Below the pieces are notes generated by a model. It searched no databases. It saw nothing but the letters and a program-made list of their open reading frames with translations, and had not been told where the DNA came from. From Syncephalis fuscata S228 (taxonomy: Eukaryota > Fungi > Zoopagomycota), in the NCBI GenBank assembly GCA_025786725.1, contig JAHLTZ010000035.1:186001-250000 (forward strand): a DNA stretch of 64,000 nt, written 5' to 3'. This document shows, piece after piece, positions 37,728 to 50,400 of this stretch; positions within the stretch are counted from its first letter, which is position 1; each line of letters starts with the position of its first letter. A program made the translations under genes and the position numbers.

Positions 37728-39521
37728 TTTGGATGCCGCAGTCAGCAATTGTTGTAACATTTAAATTGTGATAAATGTAGTGTATGTTGTGTTAACGAAT
37801 TTAAAAAAATTGTGAATTGTTTATGTATCTAAACGCTTGAATCTGTTGGCTGTTTATGCCACACAAGCTATATATTTAAGTGTTGCTGGTGCAGATTGGC
37901 AAATAACCGCATTGTTAAGCTAAAAGTTGTTTGCGATAAATAGACAAAGCTTTTGAAACGTTGGTACATGTTCATTAAAGCATATTATATAATTTAATAA
38001 GACCGATCAATTGCTGTTTAATGAGTCCAATGATGCCAGTACCTATCTCATACGAAACATAATGCTCATGCTGTTGTGAATATGCAAAACAAACAAAAGA
38101 ATAAAACAATAGAATAGATACGCTTACATGTTTGATGCTATGGCTAGTACCGCAATGGATAGGCTAGCACATATCAGCCTTTGAATAAGAGGATTGCAAA
38201 GTTATGCTTAGACTTGCTGCAACGCCCTCAGATTATTGCTTTATTCAAAGCTATACATTGCCAATCATTTATCTGTTTTTTACTGGTCTATCCGCTAACA
38301 ATATGTAATAATCGATTTCCTTGCATTTATCGGGCGATAATCTGTATGTGCATAATAGATCCATACAACAAAACGTTGCGTATATAAATCGGTCTAATGC
38401 CAAATGCAATTCCACCGTAAACAGCTTTATTGGGCATGCAGGTACTTAGTAAAAGTGCATTTTGTAAAATAGATCAGTATTCATTTTGGGCAAAATTTGA
38501 AAAAACCTGCTAGCTATTTATTATGCCATGCTGGATGGAGCGTTGATAAATGACGCATTGCGGCTAAGCATTACTAGTTACAAACATAAAAAACATCTTA
38601 CCAATTCTAGCTGACGTTGCTACTCATTCGATATACATTTTTATTGAAGCAGTTAATAATTCTAATATACAATAGGCTATTAATAGCATTATTGATGTAA
38701 TGTCAAAACACCATGGTATAAGCTAATTTATTGTCGGACGACTGATTAAACCGGACTGATTTGTCAACACGCTAACCAAATAGTATCTAAAAAAATAACG
38801 ATTTGTTGGTTGTTAAAAATAGAGGCAGCTGTGTGACCAGTTTTGATTTATCGTTCCGACAATTACACCCAGACAGGCGCCACATTTATTAAAAGATCAA
38901 GAAACAAAGAATAGCCATTTGGGTAATGTGACGTAGAAATAGAAATAACGAGATCACCTGTTAATGGCCTTTGAATATCTCCGGTGTGCTTCAACGGCCT
39001 TGTATTACCCACCAATAGCTTTTTTTAATAGCAACGCCTTAGAAATATGGCTGGTGTAATTATTGGTCACCTGGTATATGATTACTTGTAGAAGTCCAAA
39101 GTGAACCAAATATGATTCATTGTTAACAAAAAAGTGTATCATATTATCGAGTTACAACATGCTTGGCATAAATTACAACGCAATATTTATGACCTTAAGG
39201 TTTACGCCCAGACACGGAATAAACCACCGTTTTTTGGAGTAAAATTGATCAACGTTGTTATTGTCGCTATAGTGAAGTTATTGTAATATATTTAAGTACC
39301 AGGCCAAGTTTATGATTAACCGATCGGATTGGGCATAAAAACCTCATTATTGATTGCCGCCAACCCTCCAACATTATTACCGCCTTACATTATACTTAGT
39401 TTGTAAGTGCAGGCAATAGCTAGTTTAAAATAGCTACTTACTTTGCCGCACCTTAATTAATTCCGTGAACAGTTTGTACACGTAGTATTTGATTCAGTCT
39501 CTGTTCCAATCATCAGCCACG

Positions 39522-39930
39522 ATGACTGTTGTGCGCGTCAGTGAAACGCCAACACAAACTCTATCTGTGCCAGTGTCGGGCATGCCAATGACCGATATGG
39601 CTTCCTGGCGTGTACGGGCAACACACATCAATAGACAAGGTATGCTACAGAATAAGCAGTAGTGTAATATCTAACATGTTTGCATTAACTAGATTCCCGT
39701 GCTGGCACATTAGTGATTGCATCGGTGTCGCAATCAACCGCCAGCCAGTTTGATCAGGCAGTGCCAACCGTGATGCTCTGCAACACTATAAACGCGCCAG
39801 ATGACGAGCGGGATATTGCTGATATTGTTGGTAGGTACATGAGCCAGCGAGACAAATTTAATCTAACACATTGCATTTCTACCAAATAGTCAACCTAGTT
39901 GTGCCCGATTTACTCCATGACAAGCTGTAA
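39522..39930 (+). CDS. Small 3-exon hypothetical protein (~98 aa)
   Basis: Two in-phase GT-AG introns with ctaac branch points give MTVVRVSETP..RQ|DSRAGTLVIASVS..DIV|VNLVVPDLLHDKL*. Absent from the ORF track. Confidence 0.6.
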
Positions 39931-41121
39931 TTTTAAAAAAACACCACCCAATAGCATTGAACGTCTTTAAAGCTCCCTTTTGTGGGTCAAACATTTTTCT
40001 TTAATAAAATGGAAGCCGTTGAGATTGCTGATCAATATGTGTACTGTTTTATTGTAGCCTGGCGTTGATTTAAAATCAGCATCAATTAAATAATGGAGCA
40101 TTGTAAATAGAATACATGATAACATTTGACATTTTAAATTGATTAGTATACAAGCACTCGAAACTATAATGTATGTTAAATACTATGAATAGCAATATAT
40201 TTACATAGTTGGATGAAAACTAACAGTATAGCACAGTCATGTACATATATAACAATAGCCAGGTAATATACACCATTTATCTATATGGCTTATTGAATAT
40301 ACAATTGAGCAACTAATGGTTTTATTTTGCATTGCCTTAGGCTTTTAAATAATAAGTGAAACAAATATTAGTTTTAGATTTGTTCAAACGATATTGCTTA
40401 CTTTATCTGTTTAATTAAACCAGCAATCTGCGCTGTAGCTGATCATTCTAGAATAAGCATAAAATACCAAATAGTATTGCTAATAAGTTGCTTGTCATTG
40501 ACAGTTAATTTAACTATATGGCTACTGCTATCAATCCGTGTAATAAGATGGCGTTAATTATGTGTGGTATATATGCTTACTAATTATTGCCATTACACAT
40601 TACCCATTTCAAACAGGCTGAATGTCGTCGTCGCATCACAATGGCACTCTATGTGACATTGTACAAGATAATGACTAATGCAGATGTATTCAATGTACCG
40701 TTTTTATTTAGAGACAGCCCAAACAATTGTCTGCTAATTTATTTAATACAAAATAACAATTAATTAAATTTTGTTTTATTGCATATATAATATATATACT
40801 TTTAATTGATTGTTAAAACCAAAAAAATTAATTATTAATATATTTTTAAATCAATATATTATAAAACCGCCATATACTATATTGAATGGCATAATATCCA
40901 TTGTATTTCTAGCGTGTAGGTCACTAATATACTCGCATAAAAGATAACATTTTATGAATGTAAAATACAGAATGGCTAAATATAACAACTGATATACTCA
41001 TGCATGATGTTAGTTTTCTATATTTATTAAGCCAACTACTATTTTTAGCAATCTATTAATAATTTTGTTAATTTATTTAAAAAATTTTGCCTTATTTATG
41101 TTAATGTACTAAAACATTCAA

Positions 41122-41194
41122 GCCCGGTTAGCTCAATCGGTAGAGCGTGAGACTCTTAATCTCAAGGTTGCGGGTTCGACCCCCGCATTGGGCT
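41122..41194 (+). tRNA. tRNA-Lys (anticodon CTT), intronless
   Basis: Cloverleaf: acceptor GCCCGGT/ATTGGGC, D arm GCTC..GAGC, anticodon stem TGAGA-CTCTTAA-TCTCA, T arm GCGGG-TTCGACC-CCCGC. Followed by a TTTT Pol III terminator. Confidence 0.97.
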
Positions 41195-41614
41195 ATACCT
41201 TTTGCCAGTCCAAGCATTGGTAACAACTGCCATATGCTGTTACTGCTCTTTTTTTGTTTTTACTACATCTGTGCTATATTTTTGCTTATTTTGACACTGA
41301 ATGTAGCGATGATATTTTTATTAACTACATTTAAAGTAACTGAATAAATTTAAATGCTATTTAAACAGCTATACTATTAGTAGCTTATTGTGGATAAGTT
41401 ACAGTTTCAATAATAAAACCATTGTTAGTTAATTAGTGCTAAATTTGTAGTATATATAATGCAACAAATGGAATAAATAAAGTAAATTAAAGTAAATAGA
41501 ATGTGTCTAGTATATTATAAAGTGATATATGATAGCGTAAGTATACAATAGGAATGATATAGGTAAATAAATGATATATATGCATATTGGATAATAAATC
41601 TACAGTAATGATCA

Positions 41615-41740
41615 GTTTGATGACTGATATCATTCACCACCTAATTTGATGTTCAATAGAAATAATGCCAGTTTAAATTACGCGGATATTATTAAATGTG
41701 CTTAATTGACCACCAAATTATATTAAATGACAATAGATTT
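41615..41740 (-). repeat. Dispersed repeat family, copy E
   Basis: Reverse complement taagcacatttaataatatccgcgtaatttaaactggcattatttctattgaacatcaaattaggtggtgaatgatatca aligns with copy C. Confidence 0.65.
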
Positions 41741-42320
41741 AAGAATAGTATAATAGTTTTAGTATGAATAAGATATTTAACTAAATAAAACACTGATATT
41801 ACTGTAAAATGAATAGTGCAAATGTAATTGCATTAAATGTAACTAATTGTATTACTTTAGTATTCGTAAAAAAACGTTATATTTAATTAATTAATAAAAA
41901 CGATATGCAAGTTTTAATACAATTCAAGTTTATTGAATAATTTATTACATGTCTTTCTAAATTTCTTTATAATATCATATTATTTCAATAAGTCAGAATA
42001 TGGTGAAGTTTAGAAAAAAGCAATACTTATAGCTGTATATACTGTTAAAACTACTACGAAAACTTTGTACTAAAATCTTGACCATTTTGGGCATGTAAAA
42101 GGCTTGCACGCCTTTGAATAGAGCCAAATCTGATGCAATAGATTTCTAATATATTGGGAAACATTGCATGTATTTTCAGCATTACGTATTTAAAATAGGT
42201 TATACCTTTGGCATTTTTTAAATAAAAGCCGTTAAAAATAAGCTATTTTATTCATTATCAACCGCATAGCATTCTTTCAACTCATCAGTAACTTTTTCAG
42301 CATATCTACAACTTATCAGC

Positions 42321-42671
42321 ATGAAGACTTCATACGCTGCTATCTCCACTTTTGTGGTCGCTTTTATGGCCGGCGCTGTCATAGTCCATGCCAGGCCTAT
42401 GCCAATGCCTGCAACATCATTCAGCACTAACAATATCCGCAATGTAGAAAATGCTAGCAGAGATATCGGCAACCAGGCCAATCAGATTGTGCGTGAAATC
42501 AACACTTTAAAAAGTGCTGGTATCAGCCAAATTTCAAGCGCTATCAGTCGACTTGAACAAAGTATCAATCAAGTACGGCAGGAGACAAATATTATTACTT
42601 CCACTCTTAATAGCATAGCACAAAGCAATCAAAACTCAGAATCACAAAACTCAAATCGGTGGGGTCATTAA
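42321..42671 (+). CDS. Small secreted Cys-free helical / coiled-coil protein (116 aa)
   Basis: Signal peptide MKTSYAAISTFVVAFMAGAVIVHA, followed by heptad-patterned N/Q/S/I-rich helices. Confidence 0.7.
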   Translation: MKTSYAAISTFVVAFMAGAVIVHARPMPMPATSFSTNNIRNVENASRDIGNQANQIVREINTLKSAGISQISSAISRLEQSINQVRQETNIITSTLNSIAQSNQNSESQNSNRWGH

Positions 42672-43536
42672 AAGCAATACAAAGTCACAAAGTGTATGAA
42701 ATTGAAGCCAGTATTGCAATACAAATATTATCTGTTCATTCAATTGATGCAACGCTACCAGTAACCTGATAGTCAGTCTAGTCGCATCTATCAATAATCA
42801 TTATTCCTAGCCTGGCTTAAATTATTGAGCTCTGTAATCATGATATAAATAAACAAATGCTACTTTAGCTGCTAACTAAACTTAGCCTTTTCTTATTAAT
42901 GTTGGCTTTTACATTTTTAAATCATTACTATGATAAGCATCGTATCAGCAAACCATTATTGTAAAAAGCTCATAAAACTTTTACTAGTGCAGGATTGTGG
43001 AATCGTGGCTTGGCTGCTGCTTTAAATTTTAAGCATACTCTTAATATTTTACGATTGAGTGGTATTATACCGGATCAGTTTTGAAAAAGCTAATTTACCT
43101 GAGGTTTATCAATTTTAAACAATATAATAATAATAGTAATTCTTTTTCAATAACCGTTACTAATTTCCAACTAATACTTGTAAACATCTTACAATATTTT
43201 TATTTATTCTACTTTTACACATTCAAGTAACTGAAACAGCATTGCCGTGTCTATTGGCTGCATAGATGTAGTTTAAGGCTACTTTGCTACATCTCAGCTA
43301 TTAGTTAGATTACTGTAGAGTTGGATATACAACTTATTAATGGCTATTGAACGTCGGCTACAAATTAGTCATAGCCAAGGCGAGATATGGCTGCTTTATA
43401 AATTGCTTTGATTTGATTATTAATACACTATTTATTTAATTAATATAATAGCAAACACTATCGTCTAGTCAAATTAGTTTTCTGTACAATCAAATTTTAT
43501 TTACTATCTAGCTATTATTAGTTGGTTATTACAACT

Positions 43537-44550
43537 ATGTCGGAATTTATGAAAGCTATATTGGTCGAGCGCTATGGCGGCCCAGAAGTCATGGAGTACA
43601 CTACGAAGGCTCCACGCCCCATAGCTGGTACAGGACAAATTCTGGTGCGCAATCATACAATAGGCATCAACTATCTCGACACTTATTTTCGTACAGGACT
43701 CTACCCGACTCCATTACCTTTTGTGCCGGGCCATGAAGGTGCCGGTGTTGTAGTTGCCGTGGGTGAAGGTGTTACGGCTTTTCACGTCGGTGATCGCGTT
43801 GCCTATACCGATAAAGCTTCCTACGCCGAATACACAGCCGTATCTGATGGTCGGGCCATTCGTCTACCCGATAACATATCGTGGAAGACGGCCGCCGGCA
43901 TTCTACATCAGGGACTAACGGCATGGGCCATGGTTACTTTATCTTATTCAGTTCAAGCTGGAGACTGGGTGCTTATTCATGCTGCAGCCGGTGGTATGGG
44001 TCGCTGGCTTACTCGACTGTGCAAACGCGTTGGTGCTCATGTTATTGGCACGGTCTCAACGGAAGAGAAGGCTGCGATAGCCCGCGGTGATGGTGCTGAC
44101 ATTGTGTTGAACTATTCGACACAGCCAGGTGAAGCAGACGAGGCTGCCGTTGATGCGCGTCTACTTAATGATATTATGGCTGCCACCAACGGCCAAGGTG
44201 TCCACGCAGCACTTGATGGTGTTGGTAAACGCACTTTTGACCTTAGTTTGAATAGTTTGCGTCGTTTGGGCACTTTAGTGTCATTTGGCAATGCCAGTGG
44301 ACCAGTGCCACCTGTCGATGTACTTCGACTGGCCAAAGGCAATTACAAATTGATGCGCACAGCTTTTATGCATTATATTACAACCAAAGAGGAGTTTGCC
44401 GCTCTAGCCACACCTCTTATTGCCGCTGTTGCTAACAATGAACTAGAAGTACCCATTTGTGCCGAATTTCCTTTGGAAAAAACCAAAGAGTCACACAGCT
44501 TTCTTGAAAGTCGTAAAACAACTGGTAAAATTATCGTCAATGTTGATTAA
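43537..44550 (+). CDS. ZTA1: NADPH:quinone reductase, zeta-crystallin/Qor (MDR family), intronless
   Basis: GINYLDTYFRTGLY, PGHEGAG, VLIHAAAGGMG, GTLVSFGNASG and ESRKTTGKII. Confidence 0.9.
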   Translation: MSEFMKAILVERYGGPEVMEYTTKAPRPIAGTGQILVRNHTIGINYLDTYFRTGLYPTPLPFVPGHEGAGVVVAVGEGVTAFHVGDRVAYTDKASYAEYTAVSDGRAIRLPDNISWKTAAGILHQGLTAWAMVTLSYSVQAGDWVLIHAAAGGMGRWLTRLCKRVGAHVIGTVSTEEKAAIARGDGADIVLNYSTQPGEADEAAVDARLLNDIMAATNGQGVHAALDGVGKRTFDLSLNSLRRLGTLVSFGNASGPVPPVDVLRLAKGNYKLMRTAFMHYITTKEEFAALATPLIAAVANNELEVPICAEFPLEKTKESHSFLESRKTTGKIIVNVD

Positions 44551-44763
44551 TATAAATCATTACTTTTATTCTTTTAGTAATAAACAAATAAATACAATAT
44601 CATTTTTTAATAGCTTTGTAGCCAATAAATCTAATTTATTAATTCATTTTAATAAATTGCTAGCTACATGATGTGATAGAATGCCATTAATACACACTCG
44701 AATTAACTGCAAATCAATTTATTATGTATGTATTGCTATTGTTGTTTCTTCTTCTTCTTACGA

Positions 44764-45886
44764 CTAACCTTCCATCGCCATCGTATAATCATAGTCGATT
44801 GTAGGTAGGATAGCTGATAAAAACTTAAGGAAAATAATCATATAGTAATCGACACGCAGCTCAACACCGCTAGCCCCCGTACGTTCGATAATACGGCGCA
44901 TTACTTCGGCGTGTTTACACGGATGAACAGACGCCAGCGAAATGTCCATATGTGGATGCGGATCAATGGTAACCGTTTTACGTGCATGTTCTTGTGAAAT
45001 ATCCTCAAAGATTTGCGTTGCTGTAAGTGGTCGTCGATGTTCATCGTAGCCAAACAGCCAAACACGTGGTGTCTGGTAGTACTTGTCATAAGTAATACTA
45101 AGATCATAGGTACGTGTACGTAAAATGTTATCTTCATCAATATCGCCTTGCTGTAACGCAGCTGGATCTTCATCTTCTTCAATGGCACAATCATCAAAAT
45201 CATCCTCGGCCTCTTCGGCCAATTTAACATCTTTAAATGCCGATGCTAGCCTCTCTTCCTCCTCTTCCTCTTCTTCATCGCCAATATCGCGAATCTCTCT
45301 AGTGACGGCTGCTGTCTCACCGCCAGCATCTCCACCACCAGACGATTGACCGGTGGTATCTTGGTTTGTATGGGTGGCTAGCCAGCCTTCTCCTTCTCCT
45401 TCTTCTTCATCGCCATTCTCCGCCATAATAGCAAAAACTTCCTTTTCATCTTCGCCTGTATATTCCATATCCTTGGCCCGCTTCACACAAGGTACTAAAT
45501 AACAAGCGTGTTAATTGTGCATATGGCCATTCATTTTATCTGTACCATTTCGTGTAATCAAAAACTGTTTATCTGCCGGCAAATAATCTCGTCTTTTCGA
45601 CGTTAAACCTGATGACCTGTCATAAAGTGAATATATGCATAAGTAATGAATAGCAAAGCTATGCTGTTTAACTTACCACTGCCAAGTTGGACATTTATAA
45701 ACTAGAAAATCACCAGCTGCTACAAACTGTCGTCGTAACCATCAAATACTCATTAGTGCTGTATACCATCACAATCTATCTACTTACTTCCTCGGGAGTA
45801 AGTACACCAGTCTCTCGAAACTTTGATTCCTTCAGAACGGGATTCAAGTACTCTCGTACACTATGAAACAGATTCTGAACGTTCAT
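44764..45886 (-). CDS. ATG3: Autophagy E2-like conjugating enzyme Atg3, 4 exons
   Basis: [13 protein letters not shown]|[25 protein letters not shown]|VPC, acidic flexible region, [16 protein letters not shown] active site and PTIDYDYT. Confidence 0.96.
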
Positions 45887-46602
45887 GTTGATTGACTAGT
45901 CGGAAGAATGGCTTTAGCCTAAAAACAAAAGTTTGCTAGAAACAAGATGACCAATCGGCTTATGAGCAGTAATAATGGTAGGGATAGTGTTGAACCGTAT
46001 AGGTACAAAGGGCGCGCAGTATACTAAGCGTAGAAAAGTAGAAATGAAAGAGGCAAAGAAGCGGCTGAAAGAAGGTGTGAGCGGATAGTAAAAGGGACTG
46101 TTGTCGTCGAGGCAGTATCGCTGAGTCACTTACACTACGCATGCATCTCCATCCATCTTAGTGTACAGCATTAGTGCGAGGATTTTGTTACTGCTAGTAT
46201 TAACATTTTATTTACTTATTTATCATTATTATTAATAACTAAATCATTACTACTACTAATGAACAATGTATATATGTGTAAATGTATTTGTATGACTACC
46301 ATCTTATTTACAAACATAATGGCCAATAACGTCATCTATATGTACTCAATCTAGATTTGGACACAACTGTACCAAACCAGATTGAACCAACCACCACCAC
46401 CACCACAGATGATAAGTAATTAAACGTCTAGCGTGTCTATCTTCGGTATAGATCGTCTTTCCTTACACACGTACGATTGCCGATTCCTAATTGTTGTTGT
46501 TATCGCTACGCTTTTTGTTTATCTTGTTTAATAGCAGGGAATCTCATAAAGACGTTGTCTGACAGTGCAAGAACGATTAATACCGCTACTTATCCCAACA
46601 CG

Positions 46603-47431
46603 ATGTCGGCGGTCATCTCGACCGACATTGATTACCAAGGTCCATTCTTGGATGCTACTGCGGTAGCTGCAATGGATCTAGGCGATGAGAAGCAACGTGA
46701 GCAATTACAAAACTTTATTGCTCACAAACTGTCCAAGGGCGAAGAATCGTGTATATTTGAAGTGGTTCAGGCGGTGATCGCGATTGATCGTCATCAAGGC
46801 GTTAATGGAATGACAATGGCCCTTGTACTAGATCGCGTACGACGTAGTCTTTCAGAGGCTTATTCAACAGCTCAAGCCAATCTAACGCTGATGCAATCGC
46901 TTAATAGTAGTAATAACCACCATTACAACGATAGTAGTAACGATCCATTAGCAAAACGATGCAACTACCGCCATTACCCAATCTTGAGTCGCTGTTAATC
47001 GATGCCATTTGGGTGGCTGATGCCGAGATTGACGAGTTTGAGTCTGACGATGAGATTAAAAAGAAACGATGGGCTTGTCTAGTTCAGTTAATTACTATGC
47101 TTAAAGGACAGGGTCTATTAACTGAACCAATGATGCAAGAGCGATTTAGTATCGATTTATTGAATCGAGCATTACCACGATTCCCGGCCAAAGCCTTTGA
47201 AACCGAATGTATTCGACGTCGAACTAAAATGATCTACAAGCAACAGAAATTCAATTTATTACGTGAAGAGTCTGAAGGATATGCCAAATTAATGACTGAA
47301 TTGATGCGTGATATGCCAAAGAATGGCTCACCAACAGTTTACTTGAACAACATGCAACAGAAACACTTCTTCGAGTACAATCATTAATTGGTATGTAATT
47401 AAATTAATATTTATATTTATTGGAGTCATTA

Positions 47432-47462
<31 letters not shown>

Positions 47463-50400
47463 GGTTATTTTGATCTAGATCCTAATCGAGTAGTTGATAT
47501 TATACTGGATGTATTTGCCTACAATATATTGAAATATCATGCCTATTTCCTTACATTAATTCGTGCATCACCCTGGTATGGAACGCGAGAACGTCCTACA
47601 AATATTATAGCCACCAATTCAACATCTACACCAGCAACATCTGTACCTGGTCAAGCAATTATGGTCAATATATTTGCTCAACTAATGGGTCAAAAGTTTG
47701 CTTATTACAGCCGATGGCAACAAGAACACCCAGATCGATCAACTCGTACACCAGAAGAAATAACATTTGCTGCAGCATTACTTATTCGTGAAGGAATCAT
47801 GTCAGTAGATGATTTATTACCACATGTAAGTTGAACCATTAGATATTTATATTGATTGATATTAATGATTGGTTATTTAGTTGACACCTATAGCCGAGGA
47901 TACTAAGAATGAATATACATGTTATTTACAAGATAAAATCGATGGTTTACGTAATAATCGAACGAATCTATTGGCTGTAAGTTATATTTAATAATAGCAT
48001 TAATGTTACTAATTAATGTTACTAATTAATTAATTAATTAATACTAAATAGTCAGCCGCTGCTTTAATCGATGATTCACCAAGTATTGCTATGCATTCTA
48101 CGGCAACAACTAATACCAGTAGTAACACAAATACAAATACGACAACAACCACTGGTACAACCACCACCACAACAACCACCACCACCACCGCGACAACTTC
48201 ATCTATAGCCCATCCACCACCGCATCAACGAGCTGATCTATGTGCTGCTTTACTGGCTATTGGAGATTTGACAGCAGCAGGTCGATTATTGGCCCTACAT
48301 CCCTATTTACCAAGTATTCGTGTTGATATAGCTCTTACACTTGGACGGGCCATTGACTATCTAATCGAACCATTCTATATGCCAGCTAGACCCGTTTCAC
48401 TTCGAAAGATACCACCAAGTGGACGAGTTGATTATACATGGGATATTCTACCCACCGGCAACTGTGCCTTCTTCTTTGCTCCATGGACCGATCGATTGGA
48501 TGACTATATAAAGACACAGGATGGCACCTCTATTAATGAGATACAAAAGTATTTAAGTTTATTACAACTTGGTTTAAGTAAATGTCCGGCTTTATTGGTC
48601 AAGATTTGTCGTATTGCTGTTTATGAACTAGCCACCGTATCAGCATCAACCACATTAGAGTCATTAATGAGTGATCATAATGATGATATGATGTATCAAC
48701 AAAAGAAAGATGCCTGGATGAATATTCTACGTGAATACTTGTTACCGGCTGTTTCTTGTATGCGAGCTAATCCTGGTATGTATTATTAATATACTATTAT
48801 AGTAAATACTAATGGATTAATAATAGCCACCCTTCATGAATTATGGTTATTATTGGAATTGTATACGTATGAACAACGGTAATTATAGTTATCATGTCAA
48901 TACTACTAGTAGCTGATTATGTCAATATTAGATTTGGTATTTATGGTGAATGGACTACTCGATATGGTGACAATACACGAGTGGCCAAGGCAACTAAAGA
49001 ACCAGCATGTATCTGGGGATTAGTATTGGCTCGAGCAAAGACAGAAGCTTCTGTCAAAAGTATTATGCAGTAAGTAGAATAGAATAGAATAGATATATAC
49101 CAGTAGAATAGAATACATACTTATATTATCTAGACGTATATCCGCCGAGACTATTAAAGAGAGTGGTCGTCGATTGGCCAAAGCATCCCATGCTGCGCCC
49201 ACAATTGCTTTTAGAGCTGTTATGTTCCAATTGAAGACATATGACAACATGACACAAAGTGTTACGGATGCATTTAAATATCTTAGTCGATTTGGCTATG
49301 ATGTATTGACTTGTATCCTTTATAATGAATAATACTAACTACTATATGATATAGCCTTAATACTATATATTAGATACTATACTTGAATTATTTGCAAATG
49401 ATCAAGATAGATTACAACAAGATGGACAACATATTTCAACCTGGCTACGTAGTAAGTATATTAAATAATATAATGACTGACTAATTAACTAACTAATTAA
49501 CTATAATTTATGTAGATCTGGCATCATTTTGTGGACAAGCTATTCGTCGTTACTCTTCAATATCGAGTGAGGCAATTATTCAGTATATTGTTAATCAAAT
49601 GCGTCATGGCAATACAAATGATTTATTTATTCTTGAACAAATCATTAAAGAAGTGGCCTCAATGGAAGCAGGTGCCATTCTAACTGAACATCAATTATAT
49701 GCAGCAGGTGGCGGTGAATTACTACGCCGTGAAGCGTTAATTGTTGAAAAGAGTCCACGTCCACTTCGCCGTCCTGGTGTTCGAGTTATGCGCAGTCTTC
49801 TCCAGTCACATCTGGGCCTTGTATTGGCCGTGTTAATGGGACAAACACGTCGTGATATGGTCTATACATCAGAACGTGACTTTCTGGATAATCTTAAAGT
49901 ATTAGGCAGTCGATACGACCAGGTGGGATCTCTACCAACTAGGTGTACATACATCAATACTTATACGAATCTATAACTAGTTGACGGGACAGTTACATCA
50001 ATTTGCTGATTTCTTTCGTGAATTCACTTCACCCACTGAATATGATACAACCTTGCCTGATCTCGATATACTATGCGGTCAGTATGGATTGGAGCCTGAA
50101 GTTGCCTTCCATTGGCTACGTCCCAAATATCACCGCCAATTAAAGAAACGATTAGCGACAAAACTGGCCGATAATCAAGTATCAGAAGGGGACAAGCCAG
50201 TAGAAAGGATCGAAGATAGTGTAATGAATACTGAAGATACAATGTCTATGCAAGTAGATACATCTAGTATTCTTTTAGTAAGTTAATTATATTTATATTT
50301 ATATTAATACTGAGTAATTAATTATTTGTATAGACACCTGATATGGAAGTAATGGCTCGTTCTTTATTACCACTTGATGTATGGGATCATTTAAGGTATT

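Noticed and set aside
41147-41347. 66-aa ORF
   Set aside because: Starts inside the tRNA-Lys gene at a non-ATG codon; spurious.
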